This document shows positions 22,451-34,805 of a stretch of DNA of 64,000 nucleotides, in pieces. The stretch's first letter is position 1. Each line of letters begins with the position of its first letter. Location of the stretch: NCBI GenBank assembly GCA_964036045.1, contig OZ038379.1, positions 6,510,001-6,574,000 on the forward strand. The letters are read 5' to 3'. The notes below the pieces were generated by a model, which had not been told where the DNA came from, did no database searches, and was given only the letters and a program-made list of their open reading frames with translations. Both the position numbers and the translations under genes were made by a program. This DNA is from Eutreptiella sp. 'Long Island Sound 2002' (Eukaryota > Protista > Euglenida).

Positions 22451-23155
22451 GGTCAATACGCTCTGAAGCATCTCTCCAGTATCATCCACACGGGGCATGC
22501 AGTACGAAAACAGCGAAGCTACGACGAAAGATGTTGCTGGGCCACAATTCCGACGATGCTCGTTACCATGGGTGTAGACTCAGAATCCGAGTGCCCCATG
22601 TTGCGGCAGGAGAGTGTTCGCACACAGCTGTACCCGAATATCATCCCCCCAAAAAGACATTGGGGTCCCTCTCTCGTCATGAAGAGGCTGCACCAAATTG
22701 GTACCATAGTGTACTAATTTTTTTTACGGTTGCAATCGCTGAAATTGTTGTATGGTATGTTGGATGTTGGACTCAGAGACTTCTGGCAAGGCCAAAATGT
22801 CCGAAGAAAGGCATGAGGTGGACACAGGCGGAGGCACTGCAGTGGGCACAGCCGAAGGCGCAGGGGTATTCTGAAACAAGACTGAGAGGTGAGGGCTGGA
22901 TGGCATCCGAACAACCCTCACCCAAAAACACTGCCCACAGCTGCCAAGGGCAAGGGTGTGGATAGCCCCTCCGCGGCCAGCAATGTCTACAACCATCCTT
23001 CTGCCGTGACAATGGGGGTTGCCCCACTCATTGCAGACCATTAGTTCCATTGCCCATCAAGGCCTTTGGATCTCCCCATCGCCCATCACCACGACCTGTG
23101 CCGAAACCATCCCACCCGCGCATTACCCCATCCCTGGCAGCTCCAACGGTCAATG

Positions 23156-23608
23156 TCATGGTGTATCCCCAAGGCCCAGCCGCTGCAGGTACCTCCGCCG
23201 TTCTGCCTTCGACTTGAGACGGTCCCACTCCCAGAACGGCACAGACACAACACGATACCCAAAGCACTGCAGCTGCCGTCGCTTCAACAACGTCGCCCCC
23301 GAAGCCGCAAAGCCCCCGGGGCCCTGCACAAAATGTGATGGGCCGTCCACCTCCACAACAACGCGGCGCTTCTGCAGCAGAATGTCCGCACTGTACCCCC
23401 CAGCGTCAGACAACACGACCTCTTCAACAAACTTCACGTTCATCTGCCGGAGCACCGCGGCCACAGACCTCTGCAGCCGCGAAGGAGCCGCACGTTGTGA
23501 GGCCGCTGTGAAATGCCTGGCACACTTCTCTACGAACGAGCTCTTGCACCGAAGCACTTTGCTGCTGAGCGGAAGGTGCTGCTGTTGCAATTGCACGTGC
23601 AGAAAGAC
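23156..23608 (-). CDS. OPR-like repeat/RAP protein, exon 2: RAP domain
   Basis: Acceptor ttcAG (23610-23609), phase 0. YSADILL...VVVEVDGPSHF...TLLKRRQLQCFGYRVVSVPFWEW is the RAP (PD-(D/E)xK-like) signature. Confidence 0.9.
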   Translation of the reverse strand, partial: VFLHVQLQQQHLPLSSKVLRCKSSFVEKCARHFTAASQRAAPSRLQRSVAAVLRQMNVKFVEEVVLSDAGGYSADILLQKRRVVVEVDGPSHFVQGPGGFAASGATLLKRRQLQCFGYRVVSVPFWEWDRLKSKAERRRYLQRLGLGDTP

Positions 23609-24343
23609 CTGAACAGAAATGTGAGTGAGTGAGGCCAAATGTTTGGGTGCACAGATGACTTCTTGTGACAAACAGAACTGTACGACCCACAGCGATTGGC
23701 AGTCAATCCGTTGAGAGGGACGGCTGCAGTGGGGGGGTCGAGGTCACAGAACCCTCCGGGCATTGGAGGGGGGACCGGTTTGGGACTGGGACGACTGGGA
23801 CGACAACTGCGATCGCCAATTTCAACAAATCCGTTTTTTTTTTAGGGCTGTGTGTAGCATCCCTTCCCCATGAACGCTGCTGATCTGACATCCTCAGCCA
23901 CGAACGAGACAGACCAGAAGTATGTGCACCACTTTCTGACACAAGACGCTCTGTTCATAAATTCATGCAAAAACAACCCTCAAATCTGCAGGTGCAGATG
24001 GTTTTCATTGCCAAGTGTTGCCTCATGAAACGTCGCACACAACTACCCCTGACCTGCGGCTGAAACCGCACCCCCAAATCACGACTTTGCATGACACTCT
24101 TTGCACGTCACAGGCCTTAGCTTCACCCTACGAGTGAACGGCACGTCGAACCTCAAAAGCCCCCCTAACAACGACTTCTCCATGGCGCCCAAAGTTGACG
24201 ACAATCTGCCTTGTGCTGGGGTCCTTGCCGTTAAGTACTCACTCACCGCACCACATTTGCAGCAAGCTCCCCCACAGTGATTTGTTGCTCAAAGAGTAGA
24301 AGAGGAGTGGAATAGGATCGCATACAAAGCCATCAAAACATAC

Positions 24344-26962
24344 CTGATGCAGTTGACACAGTTGAAGCGGACACATGGTCTTCTCAGTGATGTCAGCAAA
24401 TGCCCGGTTAAGAAGGCCGGTAATGGTGGTGTCATGCGAGCTGTCAAGTACAGCAAAGCCCCACACAGTGTTGGTAACGTTCTGTGCATGGAATGTGGTC
24501 AAGAAGTCTTCATGCAACATCCGGTGTGCCATGGCAGCCATCAGGTCATCATTACGCACACCGAATGTTGCAAAACCCCACACAGTGTTGGCAATCTCCT
24601 GTGCCTTGAATGTGGTCAAGAAGTCTTCATGCAACATCCGGTGTGCCATGGCCGCCATCAGGTCCCCATTATGTACACCCAGTGTGGCGAAGCCCCACAC
24701 AGTGTTGGCAATCTCCTGTGCCTTGAATGTGGTCAAGAAGTCTTCATGCAACATCCGGCGTGCGATAGCCACCATCAGGTCCTCATTATGCACACCCAGT
24801 GTGGCGAAGCCCCACACAGTGTTGGCAACGCTCTGTGCCTCGAATGTGGTCAAGAAGTCTTTATGCAACATCCGGTGTGCCATGGCAGCCATCAGGTCAT
24901 CATTACGCACACCCAGTGTGGCGAAGCCCCACACAGTGTTGGCAGTCTCCTGTGCCTTGAATGTGGTCAAGAAGTCTTCATGCAACATCCGGTGTGCCAT
25001 GGCAGCCATCAGGTCCCCATTACGTACACCCAATGTTGCAAAACTCCACACAGTGTTGGCAACGTTCTGTGCATTGAATGTGGTCAAGAAGTCTTCATGC
25101 AACATCCGGTGTGCCATGGCCGCCATCAGGTCATCATTACGCACACCGAATGTTGCAAAACCCCACACAGTGTTGGCAATCCCCTGTGCATTGAATGTGG
25201 TCAAGAAGTCTTCATGCAACATCCGGCGTGCCATGGCCGCCATCAGGTCCCCATTATGTTCACCCAGTGTGGCAAAACCCCACACAGTGTTGGCAACGTT
25301 CTGTGCCTTGAATGTGGTCAAGAAGTCTTCATGCAACATCCGGTGTGCCATAGCCGCCATCAGGTCATCATTATGTACACCCAGTGTGGCGAAGCCCCAC
25401 ACAGTGTTGGCAATGCCCTGTGCAATGAATGTGGTCAAGAAGTCTTCATGTAACATCCGGTGTGCCATGGCAGCCATCAGGTCATCATTACGCACACCTA
25501 ATGTTGCAAAACCCCACACAGTGTTGGCAATCCCCTGTGCATTGAATGTGGTCAAGAAGTCTTCATGCAACATCCGGCGTGCCATGGCAGCCATCAGGTC
25601 ATCATTACGCATACCCAATGTGGCAAAGCCCCACACAGTGTTGGCAATCTCCTGTGCCTTGAATGTGGTCAAGAAGTCTTCATGCAACATCCGGTGTGCC
25701 ATGGCAGCCATCAGGTCATCATTATGTACACCCAGTGTGGCGAAGCCCCACACAGTGTTGGCAGTCTCCTGTGCCTTGAATGTGGTCAAGAAGTCTTCAT
25801 GCAACATCCGGCGTGCGATAGCCACCATCAGGTCCTCATTATGTACACCCAGTGTGGCAAAGCCCCACACAGTGTTGGCAATCTCCTGTGCCTTGAATGT
25901 GGTCAAGAAGTCTTCATGCAACATCCGGCGTGCGATAGCCACCATCACGTCCTCATTATGTTCACCCAGTGTGGCAAAGCCCCACACAGTGTTGGCAATC
26001 TCCTGTGCCTTGAATGTGGTCAAGAAGTCTTCATGCAACATCCGGCGTGCCATGGCAGCCATCAGGTCCCCATTACGTACACCCAACGTGGCGAAGCCCC
26101 ATATAGTGTTGGCCACACTTTGGGCTGAGAGCTGTTCAATCATACAGGCATCCGTCACACACGTTGCAAGCGCCTCCATCAGCTCCGGGTGGGGCATGCC
26201 TACCTTGGCCAAAGCCCAGCAGGTCATGGAGATCCCTTGGCCACTGAGGTTCGGCACAAGGTCACGCCGAAGCATCTGTTGTCCGATTCCATGCACCAGG
26301 GCCTTGTCGCGAAGTCGCATCTGACTGAATGCATGCAGTAGCTGCACTGCCTGACGCCCGTTAAGAGCCCGCAGCAATTCCGCGTCGAGGATGCGACGCC
26401 GCAAGGCACGCACTGTTTCATTTCTGGGCTTCGTAATGAGCCTCCGGACTTCACTGCTACGCGCACAAAGAGATGCCACTTGCCGAGTTATCGCCACCAG
26501 GTCAGTGGGCGTGTATCTGGCAGCCCCCCTCTCCACCTCCGCACACACCAGCGCAAACTCTTCGTCCGCATCACCGGACTGCACCTTCCGTCGCAGCGGT
26601 CTCGGGAATCGTTCTGCCTTTGTTGGTGTGTGGCCACGGCTCTGATCCCGCCGCTGTCCTCCAGGTCCCTTTCGGCTGCTGAACATGCGGCGCACCACGA
26701 TCGAGCCCCGGGACCCCAGGCCACGGAAGATGGTACGAGACATGGAAGTGGTACCTGCAGCGCCTGCAGTGCGCGCTACAGCGGCACCGGTGCACAAGCG
26801 GCCAGACACGCCTCCCCTCGGGCATTTGTAGTCCAGTCGGTGCCCGGCAAGGGACACCGTCCCCTTGGCAGCGTGACTGAGGGATGTGATGCCCCTTGTG
26901 CTGAGCGCGGCCCATGAGGACGTTGCCTGTGCCCTCTGCAACCAACGCAGTATCGCATGCAT
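24344..26962 (-). CDS. OPR-like repeat/RAP protein, exon 1: transit peptide plus 39-aa helical repeat array
   Basis: ATG at 26962, preceded by a pyrimidine-rich tract and CAG. R/S/A-rich, acid-poor N-terminus with RRMFSS. 14 near-identical 39-aa units plus degenerate flanking units. Donor CAG|GTATGT (24343). Spliced length is 1023 aa. Confidence 0.9.
24494..26131 (-). repeat. Coding tandem repeat, 14 x 117 bp, no indels
   Basis: Unit 1 starts at 26131 and unit 15 at 24493 (1638 = 14 x 117). Consensus FKAQEIANTVWGFATLGVRNDDLMAAMAHRMLHEDFLTT. Confidence 0.95.
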
Positions 26963-27029
26963 GCGCTGTTGAGACACGAGGAAGTGCAGCAGCAGCCACA
27001 ACACACTCAATATGACTCAACTACTCAAC

Positions 27030-27172
27030 AACTTTGTTAGGTGGCAAAAGAGCTGGTGCATGGTGGTGTGTGCCCTTTGTAGATGTGTTGCAATCCTGCT
27101 CCATGAGGTCCGACGTGACCCATGCAGATAACCTGGTCCATGCTGCCCTGGAGATAGTGGTGAGAGCCACCC
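27030..27172 (+). repeat. Dispersed repeat, copy 2 (copy 1 at 14128-14275)
   Basis: Colinear similarity to 14128-14275; lies immediately upstream of the RAP gene. Confidence 0.75.
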
Positions 27173-29344
27173 ATTCCACACATGTTCATTGGATCTTTTG
27201 TGTGTCTTGTATGTACGTACGTTTGCATCATGATTTCATGTGACTGGCATATGTGTTGACTGAATACCTAGTCCAAGTTCATAGGGGAGAAGGAGAGGGA
27301 CAATGGTCACAATATGTCTAATGCTCCACATGTTTCTCTGGGTTAGGTTCTTCAACCTCCACATGACTCCGCACTGGCCCCATTGTTGTTTTCCTCTCCA
27401 CTATATGCCACCTTCTATTGCCGTGCATGGGCAACATTGGTGGGGCCAGCCCATCAAACCCAATGAGCATGTACGACACCATCTCCCAACGGCATGTGGT
27501 CCTCTCTAACCGGGATCATCACCATCGCACTCTTGTGCAATTCCTACAGCTTGGGCAAAATTGTGTCCTCCACTTATTTCCTTTGCGCATGAGCACCACT
27601 TTGAGCGCTTGTCGGGGCCTTGAAAGTCTGATTCCACACATGGGTCTTGGGCTGTCTGAATCACACCAACAAGGCCTCCAACTCACCAAAAAACAAAAAC
27701 TCATTCCCGTCTAGCAGTAGGAATTATAGTGGGGTGTACACTAGGTGCAGTGGACTCTATTGGACCTTTTTTTTGTTCCCGACGCCAAATAAAACGAGTC
27801 GGGCACCTCTGAGGAGTTGGGTCTGCAGTCCAACGTTTTACACCCTCACCCCAGTCGGGGAAGGGTTGCATTAGCTTTGGGCATTCCCTACAAAGGGGAC
27901 GAGAAACGTTAGGAGGTGGGTTCCTAAGGTGGCCATGGGGTTAGAGGCCCATCATGGGTTTAGAGGTACTATGAACAACATTCCACTCCTACACTATACA
28001 TGGCTTGGTCATTTAGGCACTTTTTGTAGCAAGCTATTATTGCACACGGCCAATCGGACGTGCCTTTGATTTCTGGTGTGTTTTCCGTTCATCATTGTCA
28101 CAACACACAACTATCATAGTGTCTTCGGTTGAGGCCTTGTAGTCTATTTCGAGGGGTAATTTGAGGCGATGGGGCAAAGGCTCATGTGGTTGTGTTCTTG
28201 TGGCGTTCACTTTTTGATGTTGAATGGACCCCCTACCAAGGATTTGGCCGCAAGCATGTCACAAAGCGCTACACACATGCATGTCTCGGTATGCGCATGC
28301 AACAATACTTGGCAATTCAAATTTTAGGCACCTTCAAATCACATCATATGCACAAACAACCGATGTAATGGCGTTGTTCTGTAGCTATTAGCCTTTACTT
28401 TGTCAACACGGTGTGTTTTGCATGGTACGGCACAGAAAGGCGCTCCTCGGGTAGTAAGTAGGTCAAGCATCGTGCATGAGGTTGATACAAGACGATCAAA
28501 CACCATACCATGCTTATCAAACTGCTGGAGGAGGAGATAAGATGTGGGAGAGAGGAGCTATACAACGCATACAACAAGTGCAGCTAGCTGTGTGGAGTCC
28601 CACAAAGGGGGAGGGGGATTGTGCATCGTAGGGGCCATTAAATGAGGTCAATTGACATGGGGGATTGTAGCATGTGTCCACCAACACCATGTCATCCAAA
28701 TGGTCCCCAGCATTTGGGACGGTGTGGGCTTTGTGTTCAATGCTTGTTGTATTCGCGCTTGGGAGATTGAAGTTGTAGGGCTTTCCTCATCACTATCCCC
28801 ATCACTAGACAAGGAGCGCACACTACTGTAGCACTATTCTCGTACAACATTCATTGGAGCTTGAACCAATTGAACCAATACTAATTGTTCCATGCAAAAC
28901 ATGCAGCATCCCCCCGCCGCCGTCTCAGGGTCTCCAAAGCAGAGGGGAACCAAAGTAGCTACATGAACCTTGCCTTCTAGGAGTCCCTCAAAGTGGGGAG
29001 CAATCATAGTGGTTGCTTAGCGGTGTTGGTCAGGGGCATTTTGGCACGCTAACAAGCACCCTTGGTGTAACGTGCTCCCTTTTTGAAGGCAAACAGGAAC
29101 GTGGTGGTCGAAGGGGTTTGCATGCAACAACAGCCTCCTTCCCTCTGAATACCTCATCTCAAGGGTAGTGATGGTTGTAGTAGTTGCCCACATCCCTTGC
29201 TAGCGAGACCACGAGGGTATGATTGCCTGCTGCGCACCCGGCGTGCCCGGCGCACCCGTCATCAAGATCAATGTTCCGGCCATCTATCCTAATGCTTTAC
29301 CCCCAAACATCACTCCTCCTCCAACCTAGGCTACCTAACCACCC

Positions 29345-29500
29345 ACGTGTAGGCGGAATGGCTACATGACCCTTGCCTTCTCGGGGGTCCCCAACATGGG
29401 GACAAAATCAAAAGTGGCTACCTAACCCCTAATATCTCCGGGGGGCCACGTGTGAGCAGAATGGCTACACCACCCCTGCCTTCTTGGGGGCTCCCGGATG
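29345..29500 (+). repeat. Diverged relatives of the 85-bp minisatellite (another at ~28950-29010)
   Basis: TGGCTACATGACCCTTGCCTTCTCGGGGGTCCCCAAC...AAAATCAAAAGTGGCTACCTAACCCCT. Confidence 0.65.
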
Positions 29501-29951
29501 GGGACAAAAAATCGGGGAAACAGGGGACGGCTTGGGGAAAATAGGGGGAAACTTTGCCTGGCGCGCCTGGTGCGCACCCGGCTCATGCAACACATGTGTG
29601 TACTCTCCAAATACTAATGCTAGAAAAGGGGCAACAGCTTTTACGGCTCACACTAGGGCAAGCACAAGTGCTGGACAGAAACTCACCCTAGAGGGGGAAC
29701 GTGAAGCACTCCAGTGGGCAATCCCAATATAGGTAGTAATGGCCATACCATTCATATCCGATTGTTCGTAGTGCCTTGCAAATCCAACACACCATTGCCT
29801 AGCTCCAAAATTCCGAATTCTTTGACATGTGAGCTAGTGAGATGAAAGGAGACCATCTATGCATCCATTATGCCCCAATTACCAAAATTTGTAGGTCGAA
29901 GGAGCAAGAGGAGAGGCTTGCTTTGGATTTCATTCAATGCACGTCGTTGTA

Positions 29952-30541
29952 CCCCCCCCCCCTTGCGCAAGCACGGCCTTGTCTAAGCACGAAGACCCCG
30001 TGTGACCGTTGTTTTGATGGGTTTTTCTGACCACGGTTTTTATGGTCAGAAATTCATTGTTTCGTGATTGTGCGCTGATTGTACAGGGAAAGAAGGGCTG
30101 GGTCATGTTTGTGATGGTTCCTCTTGCTCACAACAACATTCTGATGGGTACTGCAACCCAATGGTAATTGTTTTGCTGTGGTTTTCAGCCATGAAAAATG
30201 TTGCTATCGCTGGCTTGGGTGTCACATACATCTGATCCACTGGTGAGCATGCACCTGCCACCATCGTTGGTCCTTCTACGCGGTTGGAAAGGGTTTCTAT
30301 TCCGTACCCGTTGATGGGCAGTAAGGACATGAGGACCATGCTGAATTTTGCCTACACGTTGTGTTCTAGTGCCATGTTTGTGAGTGATGTGCTTGGTGTG
30401 GGGTATGGGCAGGTTTTCCGTGTGCAGTGTCTCTTTGTGTTGCGCGTCGCGCGCAAGCACGGGCTTGTCTAAGCACGGGGACCCCGTGTGACCGTTGTTT
30501 TTCTGACCTTGGCCGTGCTTGCGCAAGGGGGGGGGGGGAGG
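29952..30541 (+). mobile_element. 590-bp TA-flanked TIR element, same family as 8639-9221
   Basis: TA|C11-TTGCGCAAGCACGGCC ... GGCCGTGCTTGCGCAA-G12AGG|TA. 51-bp direct repeats at 29965-30015 and 30451-30501 (3 mismatches). Confidence 0.85.
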
Positions 30542-30577
30542 TAGTTTTGTGAGGTGCACATACTGTGATGTGTTTGC

Positions 30578-30660
30578 AGGCTTGGGTGCTTGGTGGCTTG
30601 GGTACTTGGGTGCTTGGTGGCTTGGGTGCTTGGTTGCTTGGGTGCTTGGTGAATTGGTGG
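30578..30660 (+). repeat. 16-bp tandem repeat (GCTTGGGTGCTTGGTG)-like x~5
   Basis: Directly visible next to the TIR element. Confidence 0.7.
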
Positions 30661-33600
30661 CATGTGTACTTTGATGAAAAAGTGTTTAACCCAACCGTTG
30701 GATCTTATGCCCAGTGCCCACTTTTGTGAAACATTTAGTATTATCATCATGTGTGTGTTTACACCCCTCCCCAACATGCGCTAAATACACACGAGCACAA
30801 CGGTATCTCCCTCCCACCAACGCCTTGGTGGGCTTGGGGACTGCCGGCAGTTTGGGCGGCTGTGAGACTAGACATCCCAGGGTCAGGGCCTAGTCACGCC
30901 GGAGAGGTAAGGACGCATAGGCCGTGGGCCCCACATTTGGGGCTAGCCGAGACCCAACCCAACCCAACCCCTAGGGCAGCCGAAAGGGAAGTAGAAGGGG
31001 GCAAAAGACAGCAGGGGAACCACACAGTATGCCATGATAGCGCGGTGGATGGAAGGTCCTGGGGCATGCTGACCACTTCCCTACCCCAGGAGCACTCAAG
31101 GGAGCGGAGCTCCCGTGAGCCAACTGCGACTTGGTCACCTTAGACGAGACGGGACCCCGAGGGCTACACCGCTCGCGGACCCCTCCTATTCTGCCGGGGG
31201 GGGGATCATTTTCCAAATGTGTGTGTGTGTGTGAGGCCTAATTTTTGAAACAACTGCATAGCGTTCACTAACATACATCACCACTCTACAGCTCTGTCCA
31301 CACCCCGCACCACACTGTGTTGCACTGTATGTGCCAATTGCCAGTTGCCCCGCCACAGGGGTTGACTTTTGATTCACTCAGTGCATGCCTTGGGCAGTTT
31401 TGAAGGTGACTGTCCGGCCTTGTTCATCGTTGTCTCGCTTGGGTGTGTGTGTTCTGGGTTCCAATTTCAAAGGCAACTAGTGCCGTCATGCACATACCTG
31501 TTTTTGCGTGACATCACCTGAGACGATGGGTTTACTGTTTTTGCTTGACGCCACCTTATGGGGGGTTTATGACACTTTGGAGCCTGGTTTTTGTCCTGAC
31601 TGTCGTTATGGTTCACACAGTGTGTATGACACACACACACATACACACACACATTGGGGACCGCAAGAAACAGAGCAGTTGGAGAGAACTCCTCAGGAGG
31701 AGCAGAGCAGCCTTGCACACACACACTTACACACACACACACAAACACAAACTTGTGCAGGAAGAGACAAACACAACCACCCAGTCTGGACACACGTGGA
31801 ACCAGGTTGCAGCAAGCAAGCAAGCACCGGTCTGTCAGCTCCAAGAACAAAACAAAGCAATCAACAATGATCCGGCCATGATGTCATAAGGCTGGACTAC
31901 TTTAAAAAAAAAAGGTAGACACTCAGAAAGACACACACACACACACACGTAAAATACAGGTGACACACACAGATATTCATACACGCGTGCACAGGGTTTC
32001 CTGGGCCCTCACCTGCACCAGCACATGCAATGGAACAAAGGCTGCATCATCACACGACATTCTCCATGGACTGCCTCGCGTCCCAAGGTCAGAAGCGGTC
32101 ACCACGGGCGAATCGGGCTTGGGCCTGCATTGGTGCAGAGGTTTGGGTCACAAACCCCATAGCTATACAACCATAGACATGCAAAACGATGCACAAATGT
32201 TACGGCTTAAAAGGGACCTTGACGAAACATGGCTAAGCAGTTGGGAAGGAACCAAGGGCCCCCCAAGGTCCATCCAAGTGCACTTACCAGCATGCTCCTT
32301 ACACCTCTTGCCAGTTAGCTCCCTATAGCCCCTGATAGTCACGGTGCGCCGTGTCACATGCCCCCCTAAAAAGGTACTTGGCTAGAAACGTTCCGGCATT
32401 TGGCATGAATCCACATTGACTGAAGTGTGTTCGTGACAATGGCGGTCCCGCTACACCCTTATTGCAGGCAGGGATGCGGTGGCCTACAATGCCCCCTGCG
32501 GTCCACAAAGAAACCACACATAATTAGCCCCGGGCTGCAACAAAGATGTGCAACAAAGAAAGGAATTGGCCACCCATTGCTGCCGTTCAGTGCCGTATGA
32601 CCGCTTTTTTGCAATATTCCTTATCACCATCGTTCTACACCAGTCCTGCCTAAACACACCGCGCGCGTGCACCGCGGAGGCCGCGTGTGAGGCAGGCAAG
32701 CGAGTCTTAGGTGCCCCGTTGCAGAAAAACCTCTGGGCCCACATCAAACCCAACAGAAGTGGGTCCACAATGTTGTCATGCGACACTCCTCTGGCAGGGA
32801 TGGCACCCCCCCTCTTTCCCACAACGTCCGGCTCACAAACATGGCATTGTGCATTCCTGGCCGCAAAAACAGCGGCCACAACAGAAACGGTCGGACGGCA
32901 CAAGGGGGGCGGTTCCACAAAGGTGGGGGGGTTACTGTGCGGCACAACCGGTGTCCAGTGTCATGTCAAGTGGGGACAAGGGACCACAGTGAGAGGGGAC
33001 TGCGTGTTCCGCTGCTCCCCATTGCAGCATTCCGCCCCCTGTGACGCCCACTCCGCTGGTGCTGGCAGCCTTCATCCAGTTATCATTAGACAGGGCTTTC
33101 CCTCAGAGGTACAAAAAAAGGCCCCTTGGCGTCCCTCCCGTGCTGGGGTGGGGAAAGTGGGGCAAGGGTTAGTGTACCAAAAAAAAAACAAAAAATTTTC
33201 TTTGACAAAATTTGATTGTGGACCAAAGAATCAAGGGGTCTTCAAGGATACCGGCACGTATGCCATCCTTGCGACTGTTTTGTTGGGATTTGGCCTGACT
33301 GGGCGGCACCAAGTGGGACAGACCTGGCTGGTACTCACGAACATAACCAAGTGCGGTTAATCCGACCGGCAGACCTACTCCACCTTTGATGGTTCAAGAG
33401 GGGGAAGGGGTCCCAGCAGAGAAATGGGAACTGTCTTTGCCACGTATATTTATGCAACAGGAAACTACCAAGAAACATAGTGTTGGCTCATCGCCGAATT
33501 ATACTGTGCACCAGAAAAAGGACAGAATCACCCATGCGCATGCTCTTACATCTTGTATCCCAATCAATCGGATGATACCGCTCGGTCCAATTTGGTGGAT

Positions 33601-34805
33601 AAAGAACCTCCCTTGCAACACTATTGTTCTAAGAAGGGCGTTGTCTGCGCACACCATGGAAAGGCACAAGCAGCAAAGCAATGCATCATCGAGGCGCAAA
33701 CAGCCATGTCTATGGTGGTGCATCAAAGTCAAGTACCGAAGGGTGGAGCAAAAAGAGGCAGGACGGGAATTAGCATCCCGCAACTCCATCCCCAGCCCCG
33801 ATTCACAGCTGCATGAAAGACCAGCAAAAGGAACCGCCAAATTCCATGGTTCCAAACTTGCGGAACCAACACCTCGTGTTGTTCTGACAAGGGCATTAAA
33901 AAAAAACACATATCAGACACATCTGAACAATGATGGAAAGATCCCACCCCCCCAGGCTCCTCCTTGCAATCCTTTCCTTCTAAAGCGTCACTGGGGCGCA
34001 ACTGCAAAGCGCTCTGGCCAGTTGGTCCGGTCAGTTCTCGGGTACGCCGCAGCGCCCCAGATCTACGCAATTGCCAGGACAATGACATGGTGGTCGAGCC
34101 GTCTCAGATACTGCCACGCCGATTTTCTCACCCGAAATGGGAACTCTCTGGACTGCAAGCGATGTCTGCGCATTTGCGATGGACCCCGTGTGTTTGCTCG
34201 TGGAGAGGGTGTGTCAGTGTGGCTGTGTGAGTGGGGGGGGGGGGGGGCGTCAATGCGTGGGTGCGTGCGGGCGTGAGTGCGCAACTGTTCATGAGGGAGA
34301 CCCCAGCTATGCACTGTATATCCCTTTTTTTTTGGACTGGCCTACGCACAAACCAGTGGTAATGCACATGGAGGCACTTGAGGAACGCCCCCGGGTTGTA
34401 CACGAGCAAATCTCTCTCTTTGTACATGGGAGACCCGTTGCTACTCCTCATTAGCTCAGAGGCTGTGGACAGCTCCGTGTGCTGAAGCATGGCATTGCAG
34501 TAGGACTGCCGCGCCGGTGCGGGCCATTGTAAGCATCATCGGCCGCGGATGGGGACGGGATCCCTTGATGACTGTCACACGCCCCTTCGACCCTCAAGGG
34601 GGCCTCAAGGGGGACGCAACGTGTCGGGTCGATTCTGTGTTGGCGTGGCCATGCCCCATGAAGAAGAGAGGGCAGAGGGTCCTCGTCTGCCTCTTCCATC
34701 AGCGTGCCCTGAGGCAAGGGGGCTTGGCATGGGGGACGCAGGCATGGGAGCCTGGGCCCACGTTGTGTTGGCGGCGGCGGCAGCGCAACAACACATTCCG
34801 TCCAT

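Noticed and set aside
24347-26324. Plus-strand ORFs with CxxC/His repeats resembling zinc fingers
   Set aside because: Antisense shadows of the 117-bp coding repeat. One is broken by TAA at 25451, and only the minus frame has a presequence, a splice site and the RAP domain.
32548-34276. 270-aa and 296-aa ORFs
   Set aside because: No domain motifs, no GC3 bias like the real exons, and no splice signals tying them to a gene.
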